From positions 18,232 to 82,231 of the forward strand of contig MERI01000103.1 of NCBI GenBank assembly GCA_001772005.1: a stretch of DNA of 64,000 bases, written 5' to 3'. The translations under genes and the position numbers were made by a program. The notes under the pieces were generated by a model. The model saw only the letters and a program-made list of their open reading frames with translations. It was not told the DNA's origin and did not search any database. The stretch is from Betaproteobacteria bacterium RIFCSPLOWO2_12_FULL_62_58. GTDB lineage: Bacteria; Pseudomonadota; Gammaproteobacteria; Burkholderiales; SG8-41. This document shows positions 9,165 through 18,611 of this stretch, in pieces. Within the stretch, counting starts at the first letter, position 1. The number at the start of each line of letters is the position of its first letter.

Positions 9165-9225
9165 GTAGCGCAGGCGCCTCGCATGCCGCAGTTGATTTGG
9201 TATGCAGGCGAGGCGCCTGCGCTAC
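9165..9225. repeat. GTAG-type REP inverted doublet
   Basis: GTAGCGCAGGCGCCTCGC...GCGAGGCGCCTGCGCTAC perfect 18-bp arms. Confidence 0.8.
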
Positions 9226-9230
9226 GTTTG

Positions 9231-11450
9231 TTACTTCACTTTCATGCCGGGCTGCGCGCCGGAGTCGGGCGACAGTAGATAAAGTCCCGGCGCATCGCCG
9301 CTCGCGGCCAGTACCATGCCTTCCGACATGCCGAATTTCATCTTGCGTGGCGCGAGGTTGGCGACAACGACCGTCAGCCGGCCGATCAGAGTGGCGGGGT
9401 CGTAGGCCGACTTGATGCCGGCGAACACCGTGCGTGTTTCGCCACCGAGATCGAGTGTGAGCTTCAGAAGCTTGTCCGCGCCTTCGACATGCTCGGCGTT
9501 GACGATCTTCGCGATGCGCAGGTCGATTTTCGCGAAGTCGTCGATCGATATCGTTGTAGGCGCGGCAGGTTTTGCTTCCTCCTGTTTCGGAGGGGAGGCG
9601 GGATGGGGCGTCGAGGCAGTCACTTTGGCGGACTCCTTTTCGATTTCGAACAGCGCGTCGAGCTGCTTCGGGTCGACGCGGGTCATCAGATGTTGATATG
9701 GACGAATGGTATGTCCTGGTGCGAGCGGTGCGTCTACATCTTCCCACCGGAGGGGATTGATGTTGAGGAACACCTCAGCTTTCGAGGCAAGCTCGGGCAG
9801 AATTGGTTTTAAATAAAGTGTCAATAACCGGAATAGATTAAGACCCACAGTACATACGACTTGGAGTTCCTCTTCCTCGGAAGAATTTTTCGCCAACTCC
9901 CAAGGTTTTTTGTCATCTATGTACCGATTGGCGATATCAGCAAGTTCCATAATCAGCCGCAACGCTCGCCCAAACTCACGTCCAGCATATGCCTCCGCAA
10001 CGGAAAATCCGAGACCGCGGAACCAGCCAAAGATGTCTTTCGTGTCGTAACCCCGTGGATGTGTATATCCACGTCCAATTGGAGGAGTTTCTCCTTTTAA
10101 CCGGCTTGTAACAACATCCTTGTTGTGTTCCTCTTGCGCGACTTGGTTTACGTAGGGAGTAGGATCGATTTTCGGAAGCTGTGCAGCAAACTTTCCGTCA
10201 AATCGTTTAGAAATGAAACCCGCGCACCTACTTGCGATATTTACGTACTTCCCGATCAGATCGCTATTTACCCGAGCCAAGAAATCGTCCGGATTGAAAT
10301 CGATATCCTCGACGTTCGCATTGAGCTTGGCGGCGATGTAGTAGCGCAGCCACTCCGGGTTCATGCCGATGTCGAGGTAGCGCAGCGGGCTGATGCCGGT
10401 GCCGCGCGACTTGGACATTTTCTCGCCCGAGATGTTGATGAAGCCGTGGACGTAGACGTGGTCGGGTACGCGGTAAGGTTTTCCCGCGTACTTGAGCATC
10501 GCCGGCCAGAACAGGGTGTGGAAGTAGATGATGTCCTTGCCGATGAAATGAATCTGCTCGGTATCCGGCGCAGACAGGAATTCCTCGAACGAACGCGTCT
10601 CCCCCTTGGCGCGCGCCTTGCCGCTGCCAAAGTAGTTTTTCAAGCTTGCAAGATAGCCGACCGGTGCATCGAGCCACACATAGAAAAACTTGCCGGGCGC
10701 ATCGGGGATCGGTATGCCGAAATAGGGTTCGTCGCGTGAAATGTCCCAGTCGCCGAGCGTCTTGCCACCGTCGCCTTCGAGCCATTCCTTGGCCTTGTTC
10801 GCGACCTGGGACTGAAGCCGGCCGGGTTCGTTGATCCATTCTTTCAAGAACTCGACGCACTTCAGATCGGATAGCCTGAAGAAGTAGTGCTCCGAGCTTT
10901 TGAGCACCGGCGTGGCGCCGGAGAGCGTGGAGTAGGGGTTCTTGAGGTCGGTAGGCGTATAGACGGAGCCGCATACTTCGCAGGCATCTCCATACTGATC
11001 TTTCGCGCCGCACTTGGGGCATTCACCCTTGATGTAGCGGTCAGCGAGGAACATGCCCTTCACCGGATCGTAGAACTGCTCTACCGGCTTGGTATAGACA
11101 AGGCTTGCGGCTTTGAGCTTGCGGTAGATGTCCTGTGAAAGTTCAATATTCTCGGGCGAATCGGTCGAATGCCAGTTGTCGAAGGCGATGTGGAAACCGT
11201 GCAGGTATTTCGGCCGCTCGGCGCCAATGCGGGTGACGAGCTGTTCCGGCGTGACGCCCTCCGCCTCCGCCTTGAGCATGATCGGCGCACCGTGCGCGTC
11301 GTCGGCGCATACAAAGTGTACTTCGTGGCCCTGCATGCGCTGGAACCGCACCCAGATGTCGGCCTGGATGTACTCCATGATGTGGCCGATGTGGAACGAG
11401 CCGTTGGCGTAGGGCAGGGCCGTGGTGACGAAGATGCGGCGTTTTTCCAT
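9231..11450 (-). CDS. metG: Methionine--tRNA ligase with C-terminal tRNA-binding domain
   Basis: [14 protein letters not shown], Zn knuckle CPKC..CEVC, KMSKS, C-terminal [12 protein letters not shown] domain. Confidence 0.97.
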   Translation of the reverse strand: MEKRRIFVTTALPYANGSFHIGHIMEYIQADIWVRFQRMQGHEVHFVCADDAHGAPIMLKAEAEGVTPEQLVTRIGAERPKYLHGFHIAFDNWHSTDSPENIELSQDIYRKLKAASLVYTKPVEQFYDPVKGMFLADRYIKGECPKCGAKDQYGDACEVCGSVYTPTDLKNPYSTLSGATPVLKSSEHYFFRLSDLKCVEFLKEWINEPGRLQSQVANKAKEWLEGDGGKTLGDWDISRDEPYFGIPIPDAPGKFFYVWLDAPVGYLASLKNYFGSGKARAKGETRSFEEFLSAPDTEQIHFIGKDIIYFHTLFWPAMLKYAGKPYRVPDHVYVHGFINISGEKMSKSRGTGISPLRYLDIGMNPEWLRYYIAAKLNANVEDIDFNPDDFLARVNSDLIGKYVNIASRCAGFISKRFDGKFAAQLPKIDPTPYVNQVAQEEHNKDVVTSRLKGETPPIGRGYTHPRGYDTKDIFGWFRGLGFSVAEAYAGREFGRALRLIMELADIANRYIDDKKPWELAKNSSEEEELQVVCTVGLNLFRLLTLYLKPILPELASKAEVFLNINPLRWEDVDAPLAPGHTIRPYQHLMTRVDPKQLDALFEIEKESAKVTASTPHPASPPKQEEAKPAAPTTISIDDFAKIDLRIAKIVNAEHVEGADKLLKLTLDLGGETRTVFAGIKSAYDPATLIGRLTVVVANLAPRKMKFGMSEGMVLAASGDAPGLYLLSPDSGAQPGMKVK

Positions 11451-11632
11451 TTATTACGGGAACTTAAAGACTGGCATTGTAACAAACGGACCTTAGCGGC
11501 CCGGGCTGGGAGCCGTTTGTGGCGCCGGCCCCGCGCGTCCATGAGAAAACCTTTTTACGTCAAGGGTGAAGGCATGTTGAGCGCGCGGATTTGCTAGAAT
11601 CGCGTCCTACCCGAATTAATAGAAGAGATCCC

Positions 11633-12721
11633 ATGGCCATCACAGAGCAGCAGGTCCAGGACGCGCTGAAGCAACTGGTCGACCCGAACACCAGGAAGGA
11701 CTACGTCTCCACCAAGTCGGCGCGCAACATCAGGATCGACGGCGACAATGTGTCGGTGGATATCCTTTTGGGCTACCCGGCGAAGAGCCAGCTCGAGCCG
11801 ATCCGCAAGCAAGTCGTCGCCAAGCTGAAGACCATTCCCGGCATCGGCAACGTGGCCGTCAACATCTCGATGAAAATCGTCTCTCACGCCGTGCAGCGCG
11901 GCGTCAAGCTCGTCCCGGGGGTGAAGAACATCATCGCGATCGCCTCCGGCAAGGGCGGCGTGGGCAAGAGCACGACGGCGGTCAATCTCGCGCTTGCGCT
12001 CGCCGCCGAGGGCGCCAGTGTCGGGGTGCTGGACGCCGATATCTACGGCCCGTCACAGCCCATGATGCTGGGTATTACCGGCCGGCCCGAGTCGAAGGAC
12101 GGCAAGAGCCTGGAGCCGATGGAAGGCCACGGCTTGCAGGCGATGTCGATCGGCTTCCTGATCGACGTCGAGACACCCATGGTGTGGCGCGGCCCGATGG
12201 TGACCCAGGCGCTGGAGCAGCTCACGAATGAAACCAAGTGGCGGGACATCGACTACCTGGTAGTGGACCTGCCGCCGGGCACCGGTGATATCCAGTTGAC
12301 GCTCGCCCAGCGCGTGCCGGTGACCGGCGCCATCATTGTCACCACCCCCCAGGACATCGCGCTGATCGACGCCCGCAAGGGGCTCAAGATGTTCGAGAAA
12401 GTCGGCATCCCCATCCTCGGCATCGTCGAGAACATGAGTATCCATATCTGCTCCAAGTGCGGCCACGAGGAGCGCATTTTCGGCGAGGGCGGCGGGGAGC
12501 GCATGGGCAAGGACTACGACGTCGAACTCCTCGGCGCGCTGCCGCTCGACATCGGCATCCGCGAGCAGGCCGACTCCGGCAAACCGACCGTGGTGTCCGA
12601 CCCCGACGGCCGGGTGGCGCAAATCTACAAGCAGATCGCCCGGCGCGTGGCGGTGAAGATTGCCGAGAAGCAGCAGGACCATTCGGCGGCATTCCCCAAG
12701 ATCGTCGTCCAGAATACCTAG
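11633..12721 (+). CDS. apbC: Iron-sulfur cluster carrier ATPase Mrp/ApbC
   Basis: ASGKGGVGKST, DADIYGPS, DLPPGTGD, CSKC; divergent from metG. Confidence 0.95.
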   Translation: MAITEQQVQDALKQLVDPNTRKDYVSTKSARNIRIDGDNVSVDILLGYPAKSQLEPIRKQVVAKLKTIPGIGNVAVNISMKIVSHAVQRGVKLVPGVKNIIAIASGKGGVGKSTTAVNLALALAAEGASVGVLDADIYGPSQPMMLGITGRPESKDGKSLEPMEGHGLQAMSIGFLIDVETPMVWRGPMVTQALEQLTNETKWRDIDYLVVDLPPGTGDIQLTLAQRVPVTGAIIVTTPQDIALIDARKGLKMFEKVGIPILGIVENMSIHICSKCGHEERIFGEGGGERMGKDYDVELLGALPLDIGIREQADSGKPTVVSDPDGRVAQIYKQIARRVAVKIAEKQQDHSAAFPKIVVQNT

Positions 12722-12890
12722 GATTCAGGATCGAGGATTCAGGATCGAGGATTCAGGATCAAGGATCAAGGATTCAGGATCAAGGATTCAGGACTGAGGA
12801 AGGATTTGGGTTCCGCGGGCGCACCAAAGCGGCTTATAATCCAGAGCCAATCAAGCTTCCCTCAATCCTAATAACTCAATCCTCGATCCT
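12721..12890. repeat. Inverted heptamer array (11x GGATYVA / 4x TCRATCC) filling the apbC-dcd spacer
   Basis: Starts within the apbC stop codon and ends 3 bp before the dcd ATG; TATAAT at 12835-12840 lies between the arms. Confidence 0.92.
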
Positions 12891-12893
12891 GCG

Positions 12894-13466
12894 ATGAGCA
12901 TCAAATCCGACCGCTGGATCCGCCGCATGGCGGAGAGTCAGCGCATGATCGAGCCGTTCGAGCCCAACCAGATCAAGGAAGTGAACGGCCAGCGCATCGT
13001 CTCCTACGGCACCTCCAGCTACGGCTACGATATCCGCTGCTCCAGCGAATTCAAGCTGTTTACGAACCTCAACACCACCATCGTCGATCCCAAGAGCTTC
13101 GACCCCAAATCCTTCGTCGACGTCACGGGCGATTTCTGCATCATTCCGCCCAACTCATTTGCGCTCGCCCGGACCGTCGAGTATTTTCGCGTCCCGCGCA
13201 ACGTACTGGTGCTTTGCCTTGGAAAAAGTACATATGCCCGTTGCGGCATCATCGTCAACGTGACGCCCCTCGAACCGGAGTGGGAGGGCTACGTGACCCT
13301 GGAGTTTTCCAATACCACGCCCTTGCCCGCCAAGATCTACGCCAACGAGGGTGTGGCGCAGGTGATTTTCCTCGAGTCGGCGCCCGACGATGTCTGCGCG
13401 ACCTCCTACAAGGACCGCGGCGGCAAGTATCAGGGCCAGGTCGGCGTAACACTGCCCAAAATTTGA
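12894..13466 (+). CDS. dcd: dCTP deaminase
   Basis: [40 protein letters not shown]. Confidence 0.96.
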   Translation: MSIKSDRWIRRMAESQRMIEPFEPNQIKEVNGQRIVSYGTSSYGYDIRCSSEFKLFTNLNTTIVDPKSFDPKSFVDVTGDFCIIPPNSFALARTVEYFRVPRNVLVLCLGKSTYARCGIIVNVTPLEPEWEGYVTLEFSNTTPLPAKIYANEGVAQVIFLESAPDDVCATSYKDRGGKYQGQVGVTLPKI

Positions 13467-13653
13467 TCGGTGCAGCTGTCGCTCGCGCGGCCTGTGGAAG
13501 GACGGCGCGAGGGCGCGACAGCGTTACGCCGGCCAGTCGAATACCCTCCCGCGCCGCGCTCGCTCCGCTCGCGAAGCCGAGAACCGAGGCGCTTCGCTCG
13601 CCCGAGTCGGGGCTGTCCTCCAAAAATATTTTCGCCAAAACCGCAAAAAACTC

Positions 13654-13681
13654 TTGATTCCTGGGAAATAGATCTTATAAT
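13654..13681 (+). promoter_or_regulatory. Sigma70-like promoter
   Basis: TTGATT-16 bp-TATAAT with an A-tract upstream. Confidence 0.65.
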
Positions 13682-13737
13682 TCGCGGAAATTTGCAGTTT
13701 TGTGATTGACGGTAGCGCTGAGTGACAGGAGGTCATC

Positions 13738-13803
13738 ATGACAGTTATGAGGAACTGCTGCTGTACGGGTGATGTGGTTGGTTTGCTCATTCCGGAAACC
13801 TAG
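13738..13803 (+). CDS. Putative 21-aa leader peptide MTVMRNCCCTGDVVGLLIPET
   Basis: AGGAGG RBS 5 nt before ATG 13738; TAG at 13801-13803 just before the decarboxylase RBS. Confidence 0.5.
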   Translation: MTVMRNCCCTGDVVGLLIPET

Positions 13804-13821
13804 GTCGTAGGAGATACTTTG

Positions 13822-15009
13822 ATGGCCGTGCGCCCTGTCGCCGTTAAGAAACAGCAATCCGCTCTCGAAAACGAACCGCATCTTTTCGACACCCACCCTG
13901 AAGTACGCCTGGACTTCAGCCACGTCCGGGAAGCCCTGAAACAGGGCTATACGAAACCCTTCCTGCTGGTTGACACCAACATCGTCCGTACGAAAGCCCG
14001 GCGCTTCAAGGCCGCGATGCCGCGCGTGCAGCCGCATTACGCCGTGAAGGCGAATCCCGATCCGCGCGTGCTGAAAACCTTGATCGAGGAGGGCGTGGGC
14101 TTCGAGATCGCATCCATTGCCGAGCTCGACCTCCTGCTCGGTTTGGGCGTGCCGGCGGCGGAGGTCTACTACAGCAACCCCATGAAGTCGCGCGCCTACC
14201 TTGAGTATGCGGCGGTCAAGGGCGTCGAGTGGTACGTGCTGGATAGCCTCGAGGAGCTGCGCAAGATTCATAGCGTCAAGCCTGACGCCAAGCTTTACGT
14301 GCGGATCGAGGCGCCCAACGTCGGCAGCGACTGGCCGCTCACGGGCAAGTTCGGGGTGAAGAACGAGGAGGTAGACGGCATCATAGCCGAGGCTGCGCGC
14401 ATAAAGGCCGACCTGTGCGGCGTGACGTTCCACGTCGGCTCCCAATGCCGCAACCCGGAAAACTGGCGCGTCGGCATCCAGAGCGCCAAGCGCGCGTTCA
14501 AGAAGATGCGCCTGGCCGGCCTGAAGCCGCTCCTTCTCAACATCGGCGGCGGCTACCCGGTGCGCCATGTGAAGCCGATTCCCGCGATCGAGAAGATCGC
14601 CGAGGTCGTCAATCATGCGATCCGCGACATCCCGCAGAACGTGCGCATCATGGCCGAGCCGGGCCGCTTCCTGGTCTCCGACGCCGGCTACTTCGTGTGC
14701 CGGGTCGTCGGCACCGCCACCCGCAACGGCAAGCGCTGGATGTACTGGGACGCGGGTGTGTTCGGCGGCGTGATCGAGACCACCGAGGGCCTGCGCTACG
14801 ACATCATCACCGACCGCAGCGGCAAGCCGATCCCGTGGTGCATCGCCGGCCCTACCTGCGACTCGGTGGACGTGTGCATGCGCGACGAGATGTTCCCCGA
14901 GGACATGCAGGAAGGCGATTTTATCTACATCGCCAACGCCGGCGCCTACACCACGGCCTACGCCAGCAATTTCAACGGCTTTCCGCTGCCGGAAGTGCGG
15001 GTCTTTTAG
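13822..15009 (+). CDS. Fold-type III PLP-dependent ornithine/lysine decarboxylase
   Basis: PHYAVKAN (PLP Lys), FHVGSQC, NIGGG, AEPGR, GPTCDSVD, GAYT. Confidence 0.92.
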   Translation: MAVRPVAVKKQQSALENEPHLFDTHPEVRLDFSHVREALKQGYTKPFLLVDTNIVRTKARRFKAAMPRVQPHYAVKANPDPRVLKTLIEEGVGFEIASIAELDLLLGLGVPAAEVYYSNPMKSRAYLEYAAVKGVEWYVLDSLEELRKIHSVKPDAKLYVRIEAPNVGSDWPLTGKFGVKNEEVDGIIAEAARIKADLCGVTFHVGSQCRNPENWRVGIQSAKRAFKKMRLAGLKPLLLNIGGGYPVRHVKPIPAIEKIAEVVNHAIRDIPQNVRIMAEPGRFLVSDAGYFVCRVVGTATRNGKRWMYWDAGVFGGVIETTEGLRYDIITDRSGKPIPWCIAGPTCDSVDVCMRDEMFPEDMQEGDFIYIANAGAYTTAYASNFNGFPLPEVRVF

Positions 15010-15035
15010 AAACAACAGCGCGGCGGCATGCTCAT

Positions 15036-15063
15036 AAAGGCGGGCCATGAACCCGCCTTTTTT
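15036..15063. terminator. Intrinsic terminator, probably bidirectional
   Basis: AAAGGCGGG-loop-CCCGCCTTTTTT between convergent genes. Confidence 0.85.
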
Positions 15064-15072
15064 ATTCGAGAT

Positions 15073-15615
15073 TCAAGCGGAGGCGCGGTCGTAAACCGCA
15101 AAGCGATAGTTGTAGCGGTGCGTGTCATCGGCCTCGAAAGCTTGTGCCGAAGTTTCGCGCCAGTCTGAAAGATCGAATTCCGGCATGTAGGTATCGCCGG
15201 CTGGTTCGGCATCGACCGTAGTCAGGTAGATGCGGTTGGCGAGGGGAAGCGCCGCTTTGTAGAGTTCGCCGCCACCGATCACGAAGACCTCGTCATCTCC
15301 GTTGCAGGCGGCGATCGCCGCTTCGAGCGAACGCGCGACCAGCGCACCCCGCACGCGATAACCGGCCTGGCGCGTGACGATCACCGTGGTCCGGCCGGGC
15401 AGAAGCCGCCCGATCGACTCATAAGTCTTGCGCCCCATGATGATGTGATGGCCCATGGTGAGGCGCTTGAACAGCTTCAGTTCGTTCGGCAGACGCCAGG
15501 GAATCGCGCCGTGCGCGCCGATCACGCGGTTTTTGGCCATCGCGACAATAATCGAGAGGCGAGAGGCGAGAGGCGAGAGGCGTAAAGAGGCCGCGCCCTG
15601 ATTAATGTTTGTCAC
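15073..15615 (-). CDS. folA: Dihydrofolate reductase with repeat-derived N-terminal extension
   Basis: IIVAMAKNRVIG..IPWRLP, IMGRKTYESIGR.LPGR, FVIGGG; directly downstream of thyA. Confidence 0.93.
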   Translation of the reverse strand: MTNINQGAASLRLSPLASRLSIIVAMAKNRVIGAHGAIPWRLPNELKLFKRLTMGHHIIMGRKTYESIGRLLPGRTTVIVTRQAGYRVRGALVARSLEAAIAACNGDDEVFVIGGGELYKAALPLANRIYLTTVDAEPAGDTYMPEFDLSDWRETSAQAFEADDTHRYNYRFAVYDRASA

Positions 15616-15656
15616 CTCGCTTTTGCTCCTCTCTCCTATCCCCTCTCTCCTCTCTC
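15553..15656. repeat. Inverted heptamer array (4x CGAGAGG / 4x CTCCTCT-like) at the thyA-folA junction
   Basis: Units read at 15553-15580 and 15626-15656. Confidence 0.8.
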
Positions 15657-16449
15657 ATATGGCGATCGGCGCCTTGATCGCCGGATGCGGATCGTAGCCC
15701 TCGAGGGTGAAGTCCTCGTACTTGAAATCAAAGATGCCTTTCACTGCCGGGTTGAGCCTCATCACCGGCAGCTTGCGCGGCGCGCGCGAAAGCTGCTCGC
15801 GCGCCTGGTCGAGATGGTTGAGATAGAGGTGGGTGTCGCCGAAGGTGTGCACGAAATCGCCGAGCTTGAGCCCGCAGGCCTGCGCCATCATCATGGTGAG
15901 CAAGGAATATGACGCGATATTGAACGGCACGCCGAGGAAGAAGTCGGCGCTCCTTTGGTAGATCTGGCACGAGAGCTTTCCGTTCGCAACATAAAACTGG
16001 AAAAACGCGTGGCACGGCATCAGCGCCATCTTGTCCAGGTCGGCGACGTTCCAGGCCGAAACGATCATGCGCCGCGAGTCGGGATTCGTCCTGATCAGCT
16101 CGATGACCTGGCTGATCTGGTCGATATGCCGGCCATCGGCTGCCGGCCACGAGCGCCACTGGTAGCCGTAGACCGGGCCAAGATTTCCGTTGGCATCCGC
16201 CCATTCATCCCAGATCGTCACGCCGTTTTCTTTCAGGTACTTGATGTTGGTCTCGCCCTTCAAGAACCACAGCAGCTCGTGGATGATGGACTTGAGGTGC
16301 ACCTTCTTGGTGGTGAGCAGGGGGAATCCGGCGTTGAGATCGAATCGCAGTTGGGCGCCGAAGATGCTCAGCGTGCCGGTGCCGGTGCGATCGCTCTTGT
16401 GCGCTCCGTGCTCGAGCACGTGCCGCATGAGGTCCAGGTATTGGCGCAT
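15655..16449 (-). CDS. thyA: Thymidylate synthase (264 aa)
   Basis: MRQYLDL start, DRTGTGT, PCH catalytic motif, YQRSAD, PFNIASY. Confidence 0.97.
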   Translation of the reverse strand: MRQYLDLMRHVLEHGAHKSDRTGTGTLSIFGAQLRFDLNAGFPLLTTKKVHLKSIIHELLWFLKGETNIKYLKENGVTIWDEWADANGNLGPVYGYQWRSWPAADGRHIDQISQVIELIRTNPDSRRMIVSAWNVADLDKMALMPCHAFFQFYVANGKLSCQIYQRSADFFLGVPFNIASYSLLTMMMAQACGLKLGDFVHTFGDTHLYLNHLDQAREQLSRAPRKLPVMRLNPAVKGIFDFKYEDFTLEGYDPHPAIKAPIAI

Positions 16450-16453
16450 AACG

Positions 16454-16485
16454 TCAGGATTCAGGATCCGGGATTCAGGATTCAG
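16454..16485. repeat. Single-arm heptamer array (TCAGGAT x4) immediately upstream of thyA
   Basis: TCAGGAT TCAGGAT CCGGGAT TCAGGAT TCAG. Confidence 0.8.
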
Positions 16486-16593
16486 AGAAAAGGGATTGCA
16501 TGACTGCAATTTTAATCGAATTCGCTTTGGCGAGGTTGGCTGCGGCAGTTGGTTATAATCCCATCTCTTGTGCATTTCTTCATCGGGATTTTC

Positions 16594-18066
16594 ATGATTG
16601 CCAAGCTCGAACAAAGTTCCGCGTTGCTGACCGACGGGGACGCGAAGCGCGTGTCCCATTTGCTGCTGGTGCTGCCGAAAGCCAAGACTCTTGACGCCCT
16701 GCCAGCAGTGCCGTTTCGGGATGCGCTGGATGCCGGGCTCTTGCGTCGCCGCAAGCAATTCAGCGAACTCGCCAAAGGGCCGCTCGCAGCCGATTTGCCG
16801 CACGGCGCGCTCGCGGCCTGGGTGATGCTCGACCCCGCCCAATCGGCATTCGAGCAGCAAACGGCGGTGCGCAAGGGACTGCAGCTGCTGTTAGCCGAAA
16901 AACCGGAGGAAATCGCAATCGGCGTTTTCGGCAACAGCGGGCAGCGCCGCCACGCCGCTGAACTTGCGGTATACGCGGCATGGATAAACGGCGCGCGGTT
17001 ACCCCAGCGCAAGAAGAAGTCGGACGAAAAAGTTCTGCAGCGGGTCCGGCTGCATGGCCATCGTGAGAGAGACGCGTTTGCGACGTTGCGAGCGCAAGCC
17101 GCGGGCAACACGCTATGCCGGGAGCTGACGGTATTGCCGCCCAACGAACTGACGCCCGGCGCCTATCGTGAGCGGGTGAAAAAGCTCGCAAAGAAATATG
17201 GCTGGGAGCGCGAGGAGTACGACCTGAGGAAACTACGCAAGATGGGGGCCGGCGCGTTTGTTGCGGTGGCGCAGGGCAGCGCCGAGGACGATGCCGCGAT
17301 TGTGCACTTGCGCTATCGGCACAAGAAGGCAAAGAAAACCGTGGCGCTGGTCGGCAAGGGCATCTGTTTCGATACCGGTGGCCATAATTTGAAGACCGCA
17401 CGCTACATGCATGGCATGCACGAGGACATGAACGGATCGGCTGTTGCGCTGGGCATACTGCTTGCCGCGAGCGAGGCACGCCTGCCGGTCAATCTCGATT
17501 GCTGGATGGCGCTGGCGCAAAATCACCTGAGCCCGAAGGCCTACAAGCAGAACGAGGTGGTGACCGCGTTGAACGGCACCACCATCGAGATCGTCCACAC
17601 CGACGCCGAAGGGCGCATGGTGTTATCCGATACCTTGACCCTTGCCGCGCGCGCCAAGCCCGACCTCATTGTCGATTTTGCGACGCTCACCGGCAGCATG
17701 CACGTCGCGCTCGGCGATCGCCACAGCGGCATCTTCGCCACCGGCGGCGATCTGGAAAAAAAGGCGGTCGCCGCCGGTATCGCCTCAGGCGAACGGGTGT
17801 GCGCTTTTCCGTTGGCCGAGGACTACGACACGGCGCTCGAGAGCAACATTGCCGATGTCAAGCAGTGCACCATGGAAGGCGAGGCGGATCACATACTCGC
17901 CGCGCGCTTCCTGAAGCGCTTCACCGACGACCGGCCGTGGATCCACATGGATCTATCCGGCAGCAGCTGCAAAGGGGGCCTGGGCGCGGTCGCGACCGAC
18001 GTCACTGGCTTCGGCGTGGCGTGGGGCGTCGAGCTCCTGAAGATGGCGCTCGGCCGGGCGCGTTGA
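16594..18066 (+). CDS. M17 leucyl aminopeptidase family protein
   Basis: [35 protein letters not shown]; ATG 16594 after TATAAT at 16554. Confidence 0.9.
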   Translation: MIAKLEQSSALLTDGDAKRVSHLLLVLPKAKTLDALPAVPFRDALDAGLLRRRKQFSELAKGPLAADLPHGALAAWVMLDPAQSAFEQQTAVRKGLQLLLAEKPEEIAIGVFGNSGQRRHAAELAVYAAWINGARLPQRKKKSDEKVLQRVRLHGHRERDAFATLRAQAAGNTLCRELTVLPPNELTPGAYRERVKKLAKKYGWEREEYDLRKLRKMGAGAFVAVAQGSAEDDAAIVHLRYRHKKAKKTVALVGKGICFDTGGHNLKTARYMHGMHEDMNGSAVALGILLAASEARLPVNLDCWMALAQNHLSPKAYKQNEVVTALNGTTIEIVHTDAEGRMVLSDTLTLAARAKPDLIVDFATLTGSMHVALGDRHSGIFATGGDLEKKAVAAGIASGERVCAFPLAEDYDTALESNIADVKQCTMEGEADHILAARFLKRFTDDRPWIHMDLSGSSCKGGLGAVATDVTGFGVAWGVELLKMALGRAR

Positions 18067-18160
18067 GCACGCCGCAACGTCCGGCATACATAATCTGTAG
18101 GGGCTCAGACGTGATCTGGCACACCGTGTCCGATCTTTGCATCGGTTCTGCGATTTTCCG

Positions 18161-18360
18161 AACGTCTCAGAACGGCCAACTTCGGACGGTCAAGGTCACC
18201 TCCGGCAATGACTGCTCCTCGGCCAGTGCCGCCGTTAACTCCACGGAACGCCGAAGTCCGCTATGGATTCCGAACCGGACGCAGGCGTAAAAGAACTGCG
18301 CGGGAAGGACCGCTGTGGGCTGGGATGCCGTATGCGTGCTGCCGGCACAAAACGGCCGTA
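18161..18360 (+). repeat. Degenerate ~30-bp semi-palindromic motif repeated with 46-bp period (left island flank)
   Basis: Copies at 18161, 18207, 18253, weaker at 18305 and 18331: AAYGWCYGC..GGCC..CGGAC-like. Confidence 0.55.
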
Positions 18361-18611
18361 AAGGCACTTGAAGAATTCGCGTAAAGCAGACGTTTGACTA
18401 GAAGCGCTGGGCCGTGCCGGTTCTAAAGAGATGTACCACGGTCTCCAGTATCCCGCAAAGTACATCGCGAGCGAGTATTGCGACCTAACATGATGCTGCG
18501 TTTGCCACAGTGCGCCCACGTTGAACTCGATATGTTTCTCCGATCACCATGACCGCGTCAGTGGTTCAGTTCATCGGTGACACGTCGTCATAGAGGAACC
18601 GGCGTCTATAT

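Noticed and set aside
9589-9620. Possible heptamer remnant in the MetG linker (TPHPASPP)
   Set aside because: Only 2-3 degenerate units and no partner arm; cannot be told from a Pro-rich linker.
12721-12800. Heptamer arrays as CRISPR
   Set aside because: Units are 7 bp and contiguous, with no unique spacers and no cas genes.
13475-13615. GC-rich hairpins after dcd as an ncRNA
   Set aside because: GCTGTCGC..GCGACAGC stem is present but no recognisable family, promoter or second copy in the window.
16450-16860. 137-aa N-terminal extension of ThyA in the ORF track (also extensions of leuD, leuB, trpB, Bug and the ABC ATPases)
   Set aside because: Conserved proteins begin at downstream starts; the extensions overlap neighbouring genes or repeats.
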